Shown: piece by piece, positions 10,585 to 24,267 of the stretch
Numbering within the stretch: position 1 is the stretch's first letter
Layout: each line of letters opens with the position of its first letter
NCBI GenBank assembly: GCA_030704615.1
Contig: CM060734.1
Coordinates: forward strand, 23,250,001 to 23,314,000
DNA length: 64,000 bases
Direction: 5' to 3'
DNA from: Takakia lepidozioides
Taxonomy: Eukaryota; Plantae; Bryophyta
Program-made: the position numbers and the translations under genes
Notes under the pieces: generated by a model
Databases searched by the model: none
What the model was told of the DNA's origin: nothing
The model's input: the letters and a program-made list of their open reading frames with translations, nothing else

Positions 10585-13500
10585 ATGGGGAATAAGCTAG
10601 CCCGCACCACGCAGGTGTCGGCATCGGAATACTATTTGCACGACCTGCCATCGTCCTACAATCTGGTGTTGAAGGAGGCTTTGGGAGGGGGACGCTTCCT
10701 CAAATCTGTGCAGTGTGTTCACGACGAAGGCCTTCTATTGGTGAAGGTGTACTTCAAGCGAGGGGAAGTTCCCAATCTCAAGGTGTCTCCTCTTCCCTCC
10801 ATTAATATTACGTGTCCTCATATGCAATCCTGGCAACCAATGTTTCTTTTTCTTCTCTTTTTTTCTCGTTCTCTTTATATTTCAACTCTCTCTCGTCGTC
10901 GGGAATATATTCTTTCTTTTGTTCTTTCTCTTGTCCCGTAAGCTCTTTGCCTTCGAGTGGATGGAATAAATATATTTTTTCTGCTTCTTCTGCCTCTCTG
11001 ATCGAAAATTCGCAGCTTCCTGTAGGAAATTTCGAAGGCCAACAAACTAACTGTCTTTATAAATGGGGCAAGGGAGCATTCAGCGCGTTAGTCTTGCTTT
11101 CCTTTCCTACCTCACATCTGTCTTCCCTTACCTTTTTTCCCTCCAGTTTCCGGTCGCGGCCATCGCCATTCTCTTTCTCCCTCTGGATAGTATAAGTATT
11201 ATCCTTTCCTCCTGGCCTCACACAATCACACACTTACACATACACACAATGGGGGGTTCTGTGGCCACAACCGTACGGTTTAAGCAGTATTATTACTGAT
11301 TTCGGCTTGTCTATTTCCACTTGAATTATCCAGGAGTATGAGAGAAAATTACACGAGATACGGGAGCAGCTGAAGGACATCGAGCATTCACATGTGTGGC
11401 CCTTTCAAGTGAGTATTTCTTGTATTTGTTTGCATTGTTTCAATCTGCCAAGCTTGAGTTCCCCCATCGCGTATGCATGACGTTGCGTCCTTGGCGTGTT
11501 CAGTATTGGTTTGAGACTGATAAAGCAGCTTATCTGCTGCGACAATATTTCTTCAGTAATTTGCATGACCGCATCAGCACTCGTCCATTTCTCAGCCTAA
11601 TTGAGAAAAGATGGCTGGCCTTCCAGGTAATGTCGGAGTCCCACCTTTGAATCGAAGCTTTTGTTTGAGTTGTGTTGGGAGAGATGTACTAAAGAATGTA
11701 CTCATAAGACGTTGTTTGCCGTAGCCTTGTGGCCATTGACCCCGTGCCCAGTTTGAGCAGAACACAAAGGGACAGAACCTACCTTTGTCAGGGGCTGACG
11801 TCGGTAGTAAGACTTACCTTGAAATAAAACATTGATCCGGGTTTTCCAGATATCCTCTAGAAATCCCTTCACACAATCTGCTGTGTGTGGTTTGCCCAAT
11901 AACTAGGCCCCAAAAGGGCCTGCGCTTTTGGCTCAGCCGCGAGACCTTCAAAGTTGGTAAACAGAAGTACAGGCACAATTCCCTTGATAGATTTGAGGAG
12001 AGCGTCTCTCTGGTGAGAGAACCCCGGACAGTGAATCAGAAAATGAATATTGTCTTCAGGTTGCCCACACAACGGGCAGTTGCACTCTCCCTTTCCTCTC
12101 TGCTTCTGTTTGCTGTTCAAAGGTAGGCTTCCCACCCTGAGTTTAAATCTCAGTCTAGTGCCAAGAGTGGGTAGACCCTTGAGGTCATCCATGATGTCCT
12201 CCCCCATGTCACAGACTGGAAACAAGTTCAGGGAAGTTTTCTGCCTAACTTCATTTTCATCAGACAATTTCCTGGCAACAGACATGGCTTTGGACACTAC
12301 AGCCTCTAAGTCAGATTTATCCAGCAGGGTCAGGACTTGCGGATTAAGATTCAGATCTCTTCCACTCTCTTCTGCCAGGACTTAGCCTGTTTGACAGGGC
12401 GATCCTGTTTCCAAGATATAGAGTCGATTAACTTAGGATATCTGATGTTGGGCATATGTTGCAGCTGACCCCACCATCTGACCTTGAATTCATCTCGTCG
12501 GGAGCTTAAGGAAGGGATGCCAAATTCACCCCGATCAGCCACATTGGCTGTTTTGGAGCATGCTGACATGCACTCCTTAAGCACCCCCACTTGAATGGAT
12601 TCTAGAGATTGTACTCATAAGACGTTGTTTGCCGTAGCCTTGTGGCCATTGACCCCGCGCCCAGTTTGAGCGGGAAAATGGATCTAGAGACTTAGCCTGG
12701 TTGCAGTGATCAACCCATATGGCAGATGTGTACTCCAAGGCAGGTCTAATAACGCGACAAAGCATGGTTTTCTTGACCTCAGAGTTGATCAGAGTTGATC
12801 CCTCTGCAGTGGAAAAATTTAGTGACCCAGCCCTTTGCGCTTGCCAGTTTGAACAACTTTCTGAATATGTGCATCCCAATTACAGTTGGAGGAAAATTCA
12901 CACCCAGGTATGTGTAGGAAGGGAGGACCGGAATCTCTTGGCTACCCCACTGCCACTTGAGATCACTTCCTCCCTCTCCTCGGTCGTGAATGCCACCACT
13001 GCACATTTACTGACGTTAGCCTCTAGCCCCCAAAGGTCAAAGTATCTCTTCGCGCAATCAATCAACTCCTGGAGGTTGGAAGGAGTCTCCCCTATGCCTG
13101 CAAAGTCATCCGCAAACATAAGGGCTGGTACGGTGGCATCACCCACCCTTAACCCAAATCCCTCACTTTCCACATCCTTGAGGATTTGAAACATTGAAGA
13201 GCAGAGGAGAGAGGGTACATCCTTGAGCTACACCTTGGTCTATCTCAAAGAAGTTAGACTTCTGTCCATGGACAACTCTCCACATCTTTCCCTTGATCTC
13301 ACATGACCAGAGTCGGAGCCATAGACCGTCTCTCCACACTGTGTCATAAGCCTTTTTGACGTCCAAGGGAAAAACAAAAGTGGGTTTCCCTTCTTTTTTC
13401 CTTCCCTGGATAATCTGGCTTAGAGTGAAGATATGATCCACACAGCCCCTGTTTCGCCGGAAGCCAGCTTGGCCTTCATGGAAACAACCTCTAGATTCCA

Positions 13501-16500
13501 GATCAAACCTCAAGACGAGTACTTCTAACTCTGCAAAATATCTTGCCAACAGCATTGAGGAGCGTGATGCCTCGGTAGTTCCCCGGTTCTTCTCTGTCAC
13601 CCTTCTTGTATAGATTGACAATGACCCCCTGTTGCCAGCGAAAGGGGATCATTTCAGTCCTCCAGATAAGGTTAAAGGGAAGAACTAGGGCCCCTCTATC
13701 ATGGGATCCCCACCGTGCTTGATAAGCTCGTTGACTATGCCATCAGGTCCACCAGCTTTATATCCGTAAATGCACAATTGCTTCCACAATCTCAGAAGAA
13801 CTAATGGGAGCGTTATAAGCCTTTGAAATATACTCCAGTTCATCAGGACTGTCTTGAATCATAGGAACAGTTTTTCCAACTGTGTCCTTCCATTCTTCGG
13901 AGGACCCCTCACTGTTAGACCTAGAAGTTCTGCCAAGGATATTGTAGTGGGTTTCAAAGGTTTTGACAATGTCAACCGTTGAAGTCACCACTGCACCCTT
14001 AGTAGTCCTCAGCGCTTGTACTTGCTGACAGTTTTTCGGCTTGTACAAACGTTGAAGGGCCAACCAGAATCTCTTGTCATTACCACCGTGGTGGTTTGAG
14101 TTTATTTCACTGTCTAGATTGTCCCAGTATAATTTCAGCAAAGATATCAATCAGCTTGTAAGGTCTCAGAGATGTACTAAAGAGAGAGAGATTGTACTCA
14201 TAAGACGTTGTTTGCCGTAGCCTTGTGGCCATTGACCCCGCGACTAAAGAGAGAGAGAGAGAGAGAGGGCAAGAATTAAACTTCAAAATGTCAAGGTGAA
14301 AGAGAGATCTACATGCACTCCATACAACTGAATTTCACAATGTTGGTCTTTTGACCATAGATCCTACCTTTCTTTTTCCTCTGGTAGACCTTGGACTTGG
14401 GTCATGACATATCCTGAAGTTAGAAGCTGCCCAAAGATACTAACCGTCCCGGCCAGGATCTGAAAGGGAGCTCAAAACTGCGAATAACACTTGTGTTTTG
14501 TATATCCTTCTCTGTTATGCATTCTTGTCTTATAAGCTCTCTAGGCTTCCCATGTGTGCCCAAAGTCCCTCATTCTTGTTTGATTTGAGGTAGATCACGT
14601 CCTGGATGCCATAGCATGTCAATCTCTCCACTATCTGTTACTATCTGTTAACATGTTAATCGGCGCTGTCACTATGCTTTTTGCAGTTGCTGCATGCCCT
14701 AAAGCAAAGCCACGAGCATGGGGTCTGTCATGGTGAGAGTCTCAAGCCGTCAACTTCATTCAATAGTCAGGAGAGTTGCTGTTGCCTCCTAACTATCATT
14801 TGCATATATCTGCAGAACCTCCCAATTGGTTATGGAATTGCAAAATGTGAACAAGTGTGTTAAGACCTCCGCGTAGGATTACTTATTTGAAGGGGAGGCC
14901 ACCTACCTATAGGCATCAACTGGCATTAAACCAACCATCATATAGAAAACAAATGCAGAGACCACTGCAACAATTAACGAATGAATATTTAAGGGAGGTG
15001 AGACTATCATTATTCCCATGTCTAGAGTGGTTACTGAGATGTGTACATGTTCACTCTATATGCAGGAGACATAAAGTGCGAGAATGTTCTGGTCACTTCC
15101 TGGAACTGGGTTTACCTGGCAGACTACTATGGCTCACTGAAGCCAACATATCTACCAGTGGATAATCCTGCTGACTTCTCCTTTTTTTTTGACACCGGAG
15201 GGCGGCGCCGTTGTTATCTAGCTCCTGAGGTTTGTTAGAGCTTTCCTTTCAAATGGCATTTCTATCCCACTGGAGATATGTGGTTTTCCTTTGTCTTCCC
15301 TCTCTTCTCCTTCAAGGTGGTTCTAACATCTCATCTAGTTGACTGAGATCTGGTGTATCCGCAGCGCTTTTATGAGCCAACCAGTGATCTCCTAGTGACG
15401 CCTGATACCCCTCTGAAGCCGGCAATGGATATTTTCTCCCTTGGGTAAGTCTCCCTGAAATGACAATACAGCTGGAACTTGCTGTTTACGCTATCTGTAT
15501 AGGCTGGTAGTACACAGAAGAAGGCAAAGGATTCGGTAAGGCTTTACATCTTCTCATGTTAAATGCGACTTCATTGTCTTAAGACTGGAGTTCTTTCTTA
15601 CTTTCTTGTTGTGGCACTAATAGAGTAACTTTGGTTGTGGTCAGTCCTGTTGCACTATTCAGTGAGAGTTGGGTGGGATGTCAGGTGTGTGATAGCAGAA
15701 ATGTTTCTGGAAGGGAAAGCGCTGTTTGATTTGTCGCAACTGCTGACGTATCGCAGAGGCCAATATGACCCACGTCCCTCACTCGAGAAGGTCAGTCACT
15801 AATAGCCAAGCTATCCTTCACCACAATAGGCCTGTCTTCTATATGTCGATGAGTAAAATTGACTTCTATTTATCAAGGTCATCATGTAGCCTTGCACCAT
15901 TATGAAACATCTGGATGGTATATGTGATCTAGTACGAGCTACGTTGGGTCTTTTCAGGTGTTTTTCGCATCATACCCATCAGAGCTCTCAGTCTTATTAT
16001 GATTATAAATCTCATCTGGGTAGTTAGGCCCTTCAGGCCTCTTGTGGACATAGTAAGTGTACTCCTCTACCTCCCTCTTTGTTTGTTCACTCTTGGGCTT
16101 ACCTTGTGGACTCAACAAAGCATTGGTCCTGCTTATAATTTTGACATGGTTCTAGCTCTACAGGTTAAACTCAGGTCCTTTGCAGGTTGTTCTTACTATT
16201 GTCTACCGCTCCATGTGGCAGATTCCAGATCCGGGCGTCCGGGACATGATTCTACACATGATACAGCTCGACCCAGAGGCGCGGTTGTCACCAGTCGAGT
16301 ACCTCCAGATGTGGGCCCCAACAGTGTTTCCAGCTTATTTTTCACCTCTTTTGCACCAATTTTTCTCCTGTCTTGTCCCACTGGATACTGACACAAGAGT
16401 GAGTTTCGAGCACTTTCTATCCCTGTGACAGTGTCTTGCTCTGTCTCTCTGTACCTCTCTGTGGGGCTGAACCTAAAGCCCTGGCCCTGGTGGTGTCTGA

Positions 16501-19500
16501 CTGCTTGGCAGATCACACACAGCAGATTGATGTTTGTGTGAAGGCCGTTCTAGAGGAAATCTGGAAAGCCCGAACCAACTGTTTACATCAAGTCAAGTCC
16601 CACTACTGGAGTGAGCCCCTTACAAGAGTAGTGTCTGTTCCCACTGTTCGCCCAAACTGGGCACAGGGTCTATGGCCACAAGGCTATGGCAAATAACATT
16701 ATGAGTACATTCTGGGCCTGGATGTAACAATTTTTTGTCTTCTCTCCCTCTCCCAAACTAGGTGTGGGATCGATGGCAACAAGGCCTCCGCAAGCACAGC
16801 CTCATGAGTACATCACTCCATCTTACCTTTCCTGTTGGGCTGTTTTTTGGCTCTGGTTTTGTTTCCTCTCTCTTGTTTTTTCCATTTTGTCCCATAAGCT
16901 CTTTGAGCTTTCCGCGGACGTTATAAAGTACCATTTCATTTCATTTCCTCTTCTTTCGTTTTGATGAGGTCCTTTTGGTTTCCTTTTGGAGATCTCAGAG
17001 CAAGCAATAGGGCCTCTCGCGCCCCCCCCCGCCCCCCCCCGGACATTGTAAATCTCTTTCTTCTATCTTCACCTTCTCCTTTTATATTTGATATTTTGTA
17101 GATCTAACTATGGTGGTGGAATGAGGCAAGGGGAGCCAACAAAGATCTCTTCATCCTCCTCCTCTGCAGTTCATATCGTCAACTACGTGCTTTTTTTGGA
17201 CAGGTAGCTGTTGCACAAGAGGCTTTCCCTGAGATTCGCAAGCAAATGCTTTCTGACACCCAAAAGAGACAGTCTCGGGAAGTAGGGGGTATAGGTGATT
17301 TGCTGTCTCCAAAGAGGCCCTCTGCGTCGCCTCCTCAAAGAAAGGAAGAGCAGAGCACTGGAGATTTTATAGTAGATGGGCCTCCTCCCAATGTGGATGC
17401 GGCATTGGAGGGGCAGTCACGGTCTCTGCACTTGGGATCTCTGCATCGGGTCAAAGCTGCAGCCGTGGTCATGGCAGAAGCAGCTTCTGCTGTTGAAGAG
17501 GTTGTTACAGAGGAGGTAAGGATGGTGTCTGTTCTCCTAAAAGGTTTTTGAAATACAGGCACTGTTGGTAGCAATATCTGTATGAGCATATGTGGTAAGC
17601 GAAGTCTGATGAGTCCATCGAGCTTCAGGTCTTCTTTTCTATTCTTGGAACACAGGAGGTAATCTCACAGCCGGTGTGTTCCAACTGCAGGTGTATGAGA
17701 ATCAGGTGAGGGACCCTGGAGGCACTTTCAATGAGCGCCCGTTTCATATAGGCGAAGCTGCTGTGATAAACTATGGCTTGGCAGGGTCTGGGCGCCGGAA
17801 GGAGGACATCACTCTTCCACTGGAAGGAGGATGGAGATGGGAAGGGGACTGGGAAGTTGACTCGAGTTGGGCCCATAGTGGTGCGTAGCATGGCTGAGGT
17901 CTCTCTCCACTGTTCTGCTGCAGTTCATAAGCTGGCTTTTCTAACCTGATGAACCACTCATTGTTTGTCATTTCAACACTTGAACTTTCCGTCCCTTGTG
18001 TCTATATGTCTGCTCTATCTCTGGACCTGTCGCTGTTGCCTCATGCTAACTGCCCTTCTATGTGTGGTTAGGGGGAGGAGTTGACAATGAAGGGTGGAAA
18101 TATCGCACGATGAGCACTGGGGATTCCGAACTTAAAATGGGAGTTCCAAGTCTGAAGGCTACTGTGGGAGAGGGAGCTTCTCTGAAGAATGTCGGATCAG
18201 AGAAGCGGCTTGCATCTGGGTCACGTGGATGGACAGGTGTCTGTACTCCTGATTGTGTCTGGAGACAAAGGTGGTGGACACGCAGACGTCGGCGCCGACC
18301 CTGCTACCCAATGCTGATGTCACCTTCAAACACTGACCCACTGCATAGCAAACTAGGGGATTTGTCACTCGAGTTATGCAAAATCTCAGATCCTGGTCAG
18401 GAAGTCTTGTCGAACCAAGCCCTCAAGTGTGAAGGCATGGTATTGATTGCCTCCCTCTTGTGCGCCTGCTTGCGGAATGTTAAACTTCCTCAGGCAAGGC
18501 GAGGGGCAATCCAGTTGCTCCATGACTCATCCCTATATATAGATGATGATGTACGACTCCAGCATGTGATTCCCTTTGTTGTTGCCCTGTTATCAGACTC
18601 AGCAGCCATCGTTCGCTGTGCAGCCCTGCAAACCCTCTGCAATGTTTTGTCCATGGTGCATCATTTCCCGCCGAGTGATGCAAAGATATTCCCGGAGTAT
18701 ATTCTGCCATTGCTTTCAATGCTGCCAGATGACCCTGAGGAGAGCGTTCGAATTGCCTATGCTGCCAACATCCACAAGATATCCGAGACGTTGTATCGGT
18801 TTCTGATGTGCTCACAGTATATGAATGCCACAGGGGGTTCCTTAGACGTGCCCAGCAATCGAGGGAACACAAAAGGGACCCCTATAGATAGGGGAACCGG
18901 TTCTCCAAGCTCAGGGGTTAGACGTCTCTCTCTTTACGCACTCTTTGTCCCATAAGCTGTGGATGCTCTCAAGTTTCCTTTTTTATAGTAGTTGTGCTGG
19001 TTTCAAGGCCAAGAGGGCTCTCCATGTATGAGTCTTTCTTCTTCTTTCTTTCTCTGTAGCAGTTTATCACACAGGCACTCGATCAGCAAGTGTTCGTCTT
19101 CTCGGTCCTGTAGGCCCTTGGAGCCCTCTTTCTGTCTTCCGTTCTTCCATTCTCCTTTTGTTTTTCTGTGTGCCAGGGGCACTATGTGACTCCTGTGATT
19201 TCCTGTTGTTGTATTTTCTCTCGGGGCCCCTCAGGGCACCTGTGGGCCCATTATGATGTTTCTCTTTCTCTCTGTCTTTCATCCATTCGTCTCTTCTTGG
19301 TTCTTTATATTTGTCTGTGCCAGGGGCACTACGGGGCTACAGTGGTTCCTGGTTGTTGTTGTTTCTCCCAGGGGCCCTCAGGGCACCTGCGGACCGGTTA
19401 TTATGTTTCTCTTTTCCTTCTATTTTTTCGTCTCTCAACAGTGGATGCAATAAATCTTCTTTCCTCTTTTAGGCTTGTGGTAGGCATCATATAGTTTTAC

Positions 19501-22500
19501 TACTCCTTCAGGACTATTTTGTGTTGCCTGCCCTGCCTTTCATGAAGGCCAGGGTTTCACCAGAATGTTCACCTACATCAGGTTTGCTTTGACGATGTTT
19601 GTTGAAACTATGGATTGGCATAAACTGTAAGGTCTCTCCTTCATATATGTGGGTTCAGTCTTGGGAAAGTCATACACTGCAGAATTTTGTAATTTGATCA
19701 ATCTCCAGATAAAATTGCTGAGGACCCAGGATGTAGTCTATTTACTCTGTATCTGGCCTTGAGCAAATGTTGTATTGAACAGGCATCTTCAGGGGCAAGT
19801 ATGGCAGGGCACCCTGTTGGGCGCTACAAAGTGGAGCTGGCTCAGTCGCGAGAAATTATTGCACGTGTCATACAGGAGCTAGTGATGGGTCAGAAACAGA
19901 CACCCACAATTCGGCGGGCTTTGTTACAACACGTGGGGCCGCTTTGCCGATTCTTTGGGCCACGTCACAGCAATGATTTTCTGTTGCCAATTCTGCCTGC
20001 CTTCTTGAATGACCGAAATGAACAGCTACGTGCAGTTTTCTTTGAGCATATAGTCCATGTATGCTTGTTTGTTGGGCAAATGAGTCTGGAGGCCTACCTG
20101 CTTCCTTACATTGAACAGGCTCTCAATGACGTTGAAGAGACGGTGATTGTAAATGCAATGGAATGCCTTGCAGCACTGTGTACACACCGTCTACTTCGCA
20201 AGAGGATCTTACTGAAAGCAGTGGAGCGTGCATCGCCCCTTCTGTGCCACCCTAGCCAGTGGGTGCGGCGAGCAGCGATCACTTTGGTGGCAGCCACCAG
20301 TGCCAACTTGGAGCCAGCTGACTCATATGCATTCCTATCCCCCATTCTTGCACCTTTCTTGAGGCGGGAACCGGCATCTTTGTGTTCTGAGGCAGCCCTT
20401 CTGGCCTGCCTCAAGCCACCAGTCTCACGTGAGGTTTTTAACCGTGTACTAAGTGATGTTATGCTGCTGCAAACAGAGAGAGAGAGTGTGCCAATCAAGC
20501 AAGGGAGCCAGAAAAGTAAGGGACGGAGAGTTGCAACCATCCAGCCTCCGCCTGACCTCCCTGCTATCGACTCCAGACCTGGTGGGTTTGAGAAACGGAG
20601 ACCTGAAAGGGAACCTGGGAGTTTATCTGCAGCAACAGGGGATCTGCTGCAGCGTCCACCCAAAAGTGGGGCTAAACGTGCGCCAGTTTTCCAGCCAGTA
20701 TCCCCAGCCAATGAGAGACTCCTTGCTAGGGTCTCGGAGGGTGAGGATGGTGAGAAGATGAAGGCCATGGAAGGCTACATCCGCAACCTGTCAAGCACTA
20801 TGCAAACCCGCATGCACAACTGGGAGACAGAGAACATGGAGAAGCTGCAAGGCTCAGCTATTGGATTTACTGCTGGTGTGGGCACAGGGTATTATTCAAA
20901 CTACGATGGTTCGTCCGAAGGAATTCCCCTCTACTCTGTTCCATTGAATGAGAACCGGTTGGAGGGAACGGCAGCTGGGCAGGGCAGTGCGCCTCAAGGG
21001 GTGGATGCAAATCCCTCTTTCCATGAGGAGTGGAGTAGGATATCTGGTGTCCGGCAAGGGTCAGCCCCTTTCCCTATGGCAACAATTGCAGGGACACCAA
21101 TCAGCGGGTCACTAGGTGCAGCCTCCTCGCAGTGGGCTAATGTATGTGGGCAATCATTGATGTCTTCTGAACCCTCTTTGCACAGGTCGCATGTTGCCAT
21201 GGCAGGCTCATTCGCCCCAAGGCTGTTGGCTGGGTCACTGTACCAGAAAACTGGCTCTCCTAGTTGCCGGAGAATTGAGGTGGTGAAAGATGGTGCATCG
21301 ATAGATTCAGGCGAGGGTTTTCTGGCCACTGGGTTCGGAGGTGCTGTGTCCAGCATGTCAACCAGCAAAGGGAGCCTGGCTTCCTCATCTGAAATTCCAA
21401 GTATGAGCGGAAATCTTGGTGATGCCAGCCCTGCTGCTACATCCCCAACAGATGCTTCCATTGGGCTAGTGGGGATCTTGGGTTCAAGTGGGGCCACAGA
21501 GAGCTCTTGGAGGCCTCGGGGTGTTCTGATTGCACATCTTCAGGAACATCAGCGTGCTGTAAATGAAGTGGCAGTTTCGAGTGATAACATCTTCTTTGCT
21601 AGTGCATCTGACGATGGGACTGTTAAAATCTGGGACTGCCGACGGCTGGAACGTGATATCTCCTTTAGGTCACGCCTGACGTACCTGCTGCAACATGGGA
21701 CACGTGCTCTTCACGTGACAATTCTTGGAAGTGGACACCAGGTTGCTGCCGCATCCAGTAATGGCACCATACATGTGTTTGCGGTTGACTATGTTGCCCG
21801 CCTAGGAGGCAACGCAGAACGGTATACAGGGGTCTCTGATATGTGCAAGGTGGACACCCAAGAGGGGGCGATCCTTTCATTGCAGAACTTCTCCTCGGAT
21901 GGACCATCACAGTTACTCTACAGCTCACAACGCAAAGGTATCCATCTTTGGGATCTGCGGACACAGACAGATGTCTGGATGCTAAGGGTAAAACCTGCTG
22001 AGGGCTTCATATCGGCGATAGCACTGGACCCAGCTTGCAACTGGCTGGTTTCTGCAACATCCCGTGGGGTACTCACTGTTTGGGATTTACGCTTCCAGGT
22101 CAGTGCTATCATTTCATTTGATGAAGGAACTTCACAACTTGATAACTACTAAAATTGAAACAACCAGTAACCCAAGTGGGATAAAAGTGCTGCCTCTTTT
22201 TGATGTAGGTACCAGTGAACACATGGCAGCATCCCCTTTGCTGCCCTGTTGAGAGCATGTGTCCGCTAGTTCCTGGAACTGGCACTTCTGTATTGGCAAG
22301 TGCACACCCATTTGTGTATGTTGCTGCTGGTAGCAACGAGGTGGCTCTCTGGAATGCCGAAGATGCAAGCTGCCACCAGGTGTGTCTAACTGTCTCTCCT
22401 GTCCATGTGAACAAAAACTGCAGAGTTCCACCAAAAAAAGGTTGACACCTGCCGAAGCGAGCGTAAATTATGGTGTCTCTTCAAGGGCTACAACCTTCCG

Positions 22501-24267
22501 TTGGGCAGAGTTCCACAACTTAAACCGAAGCATTCTATTTTACCATCTTCAGCGGTCCCTCTTGCTCTGTATAGCTGTGTGACCTTGTGTGCATCCTCTT
22601 TAATGAAAGACTATCAGTAACTCTCGAGCTATTGCAGGTCTTCAAAATGGTATCCGAAACGACTGAGACACAGACAAACAACATTCCGGCAGCGTTAAGA
22701 CAACCGTTGTCAAGCTCCCAGTCTTCTAGACTGGATCCGAGGCTTAATAGAGACTTGAAAGCAGCAGAGTACTATGTGGAGGAACTGAATGAACCTCCTC
22801 CTCGGCTGCCTGGGGTGCGCACACTGCTGCCCTTGTCAGTGGGAACCGCCCTCCTTTCGGGTGGGACAGACTGTCGTATTCGTATGTGGGACCGCCTGAG
22901 GTATTTGAATCAGACTTCCCTGTGTTGAATTTTTGTCTTCCTTCTTCCCTCTCTATCTTGTTTACAGCTGTCTCCCATCTCCCTACCAAAAGAAAAAATA
23001 AAGTATATCTCATTGTTGGAAGGAACATCATGCTTTCTGGTAGGAGGCTTTCCACCGAGAGGTAATTAGCTGTAATCAGATTGTGTCATTGACTTTGGAC
23101 TATTCATTCCCATTCCCAAGCAGAGTTTCTTCTATTCTGGTAGGTTAGAACCCTGCAACCGGCTCCAGGCAGGATGGTATCAGATCACACTTTGCTCTCA
23201 AGGCTATATGCCATATCCACCCAATGTGTCAATGACACTTCCAAGTTCTAGAAGCTTCCAGACACTCTTGAGTCCTCAACAGTTCAGTTATCAGATCACA
23301 CTTTGCTCTCAAGGCTATATGCCATATCCACCCAATGTGTCAATGACACTTCGAGTTCTAGAAGCTTCCAGACACTCTTGAGTCCTCAACAGTTCAGTTA
23401 TTTTTCCGTGAGTGAGTTGGTTTGTGCCATGATCGAAGAACCAACTAATCCTGTCCTCGAAAATTGCAGACCAGAGCGCAGCTACTGTGTATGTGGTCCC
23501 ACCACAAAGAGCGTGGCAACAGATGATGCTCAAGCTTTTGAGTTGTGGGCCATCAATGGTGTCCGGGTGGTCCAGGTTGGTGCCCCCTTCTCTCTTACTG
23601 ATGCAGAAAGTTAATGTCAAGTCTTAGTGTGCTACCTATATGAGCCCATCTATTTTACTTTCCAGGTGCTTCATAACAGAACCTCTTTTTAGTTCACTTT
23701 AGCTAAAGTTAGGTGGAATTTTGTGTGCATAGTAACAGAACCCTAGTATCCCACTTCAGTATCCTTATTGGATTTTTCCATCCCAACCCATGTGTTGTTG
23801 GCATGATTTCCAGCTAGCTTCTACTTCCTGTTGCGATGTAATCGGTAGCAGAATGAGGGCTTGTGAGTTGTGGTCTCATTATGTCCCAATTAAATCTGAA
23901 AAGGCAGAACAGCCGAGGGGTATGTCCTACCACTGGAGGAAGCCGTTAGTGAGCATCGTGATTGTACAAGAGTGCAACAGTTCATAGACGTACTATGAGT
24001 CAAAAGAGTTTTTCAAAGAGAAAATTGGCTGTCAACTCTCAAGGGACTCCACTAGTATAACCCTCTGTATTACAGGAGCTCCCAGGAGTGGAGGTTGGTG
24101 GCCGGACGCCCGGAAGTAGATCCATGTCGAAGAATGGAATAGCAGCATCTGCAGTTGATAGTGCTGGGTGTCACAGGGACTGTATTCTGAGCCTTGCTTC
24201 AGCACAAACAAATCAACGACTATTGATCTCCAGCAGCAGGGATGGTGCCATCAAGGTCTGGAAGTAG
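10585..24267 (+). CDS. VPS15: VPS15 / PI3-kinase regulatory subunit 4 (pseudokinase-HEAT-WD40). Exons: 10585-10782, 11334-11408, 11504-11626, 14687-14732, 15066-15229, 15365-15444, 15685-15790, 16222-16398, 17204-17515, 17691-17880, 18072-18916, 19783-22098, 22209-22379, 22638-22900, 23470-23575, 24076-24267
   Basis: Myristoylation start [10 protein letters not shown]. Kinase motifs [48 protein letters not shown] motifs ([12 protein letters not shown]). WD40 [14 protein letters not shown] and C-terminal [11 protein letters not shown]. Junctions are GT-AG and phase-consistent where checked by hand. Confidence 0.95.
11696..14167 (-). mobile_element. Non-LTR retrotransposon (LINE, RTE/RTEX-like), 5'-truncated and frameshifted, in VPS15 intron 3
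   Basis: RT motifs [41 protein letters not shown]-terminal CPLC...[11 protein letters not shown] zinc finger. 16-bp TSD agagatgtactaaaga at 11680-11695 and 14168-14183. Confidence 0.9.
12609..12676 (-). mobile_element. 68-bp 3'-end copy of the same LINE family inserted inside the LINE
   Basis: Near-identical to 11697-11760. Flanked by aatgga(t)tctagaga duplication at 12594-12608 and 12677-12690. Confidence 0.8.
14192..14242 (-). mobile_element. 51-bp 3'-end copy of the same LINE family inserted in a (GA)n tract
   Basis: Sequence ttgtactcataagacgttgtttgccgtagcc... with TSD actaaagagagagaga at 14176-14191 and from 14243. Confidence 0.8.
16440..16712 (+). mobile_element. Older 3' fragment of the same LINE family in VPS15 intron 8
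   Basis: Encodes AEPKALAL...DHTQQID.CVK..LEEIWK.R...[14 protein letters not shown], matching the 11702-12297 products. Ends ...gagtacattct. Confidence 0.8.
19165..19420. repeat. ~145-bp diverged tandem duplication in VPS15 intron 11
   Basis: tgtgccaggggcacta...ggggccc(c)tcagggcacctg occurs twice. Confidence 0.65.
23178..23398. repeat. Near-perfect ~111-bp tandem duplication in VPS15 intron 14
   Basis: tatcagatcacactttgctc...cagttcagt occurs twice in direct tandem. Confidence 0.85.

Noticed and set aside
20106-21497. Antisense ORFs of 220 and 167 aa
   Set aside because: Shadows of the long VPS15 exon.
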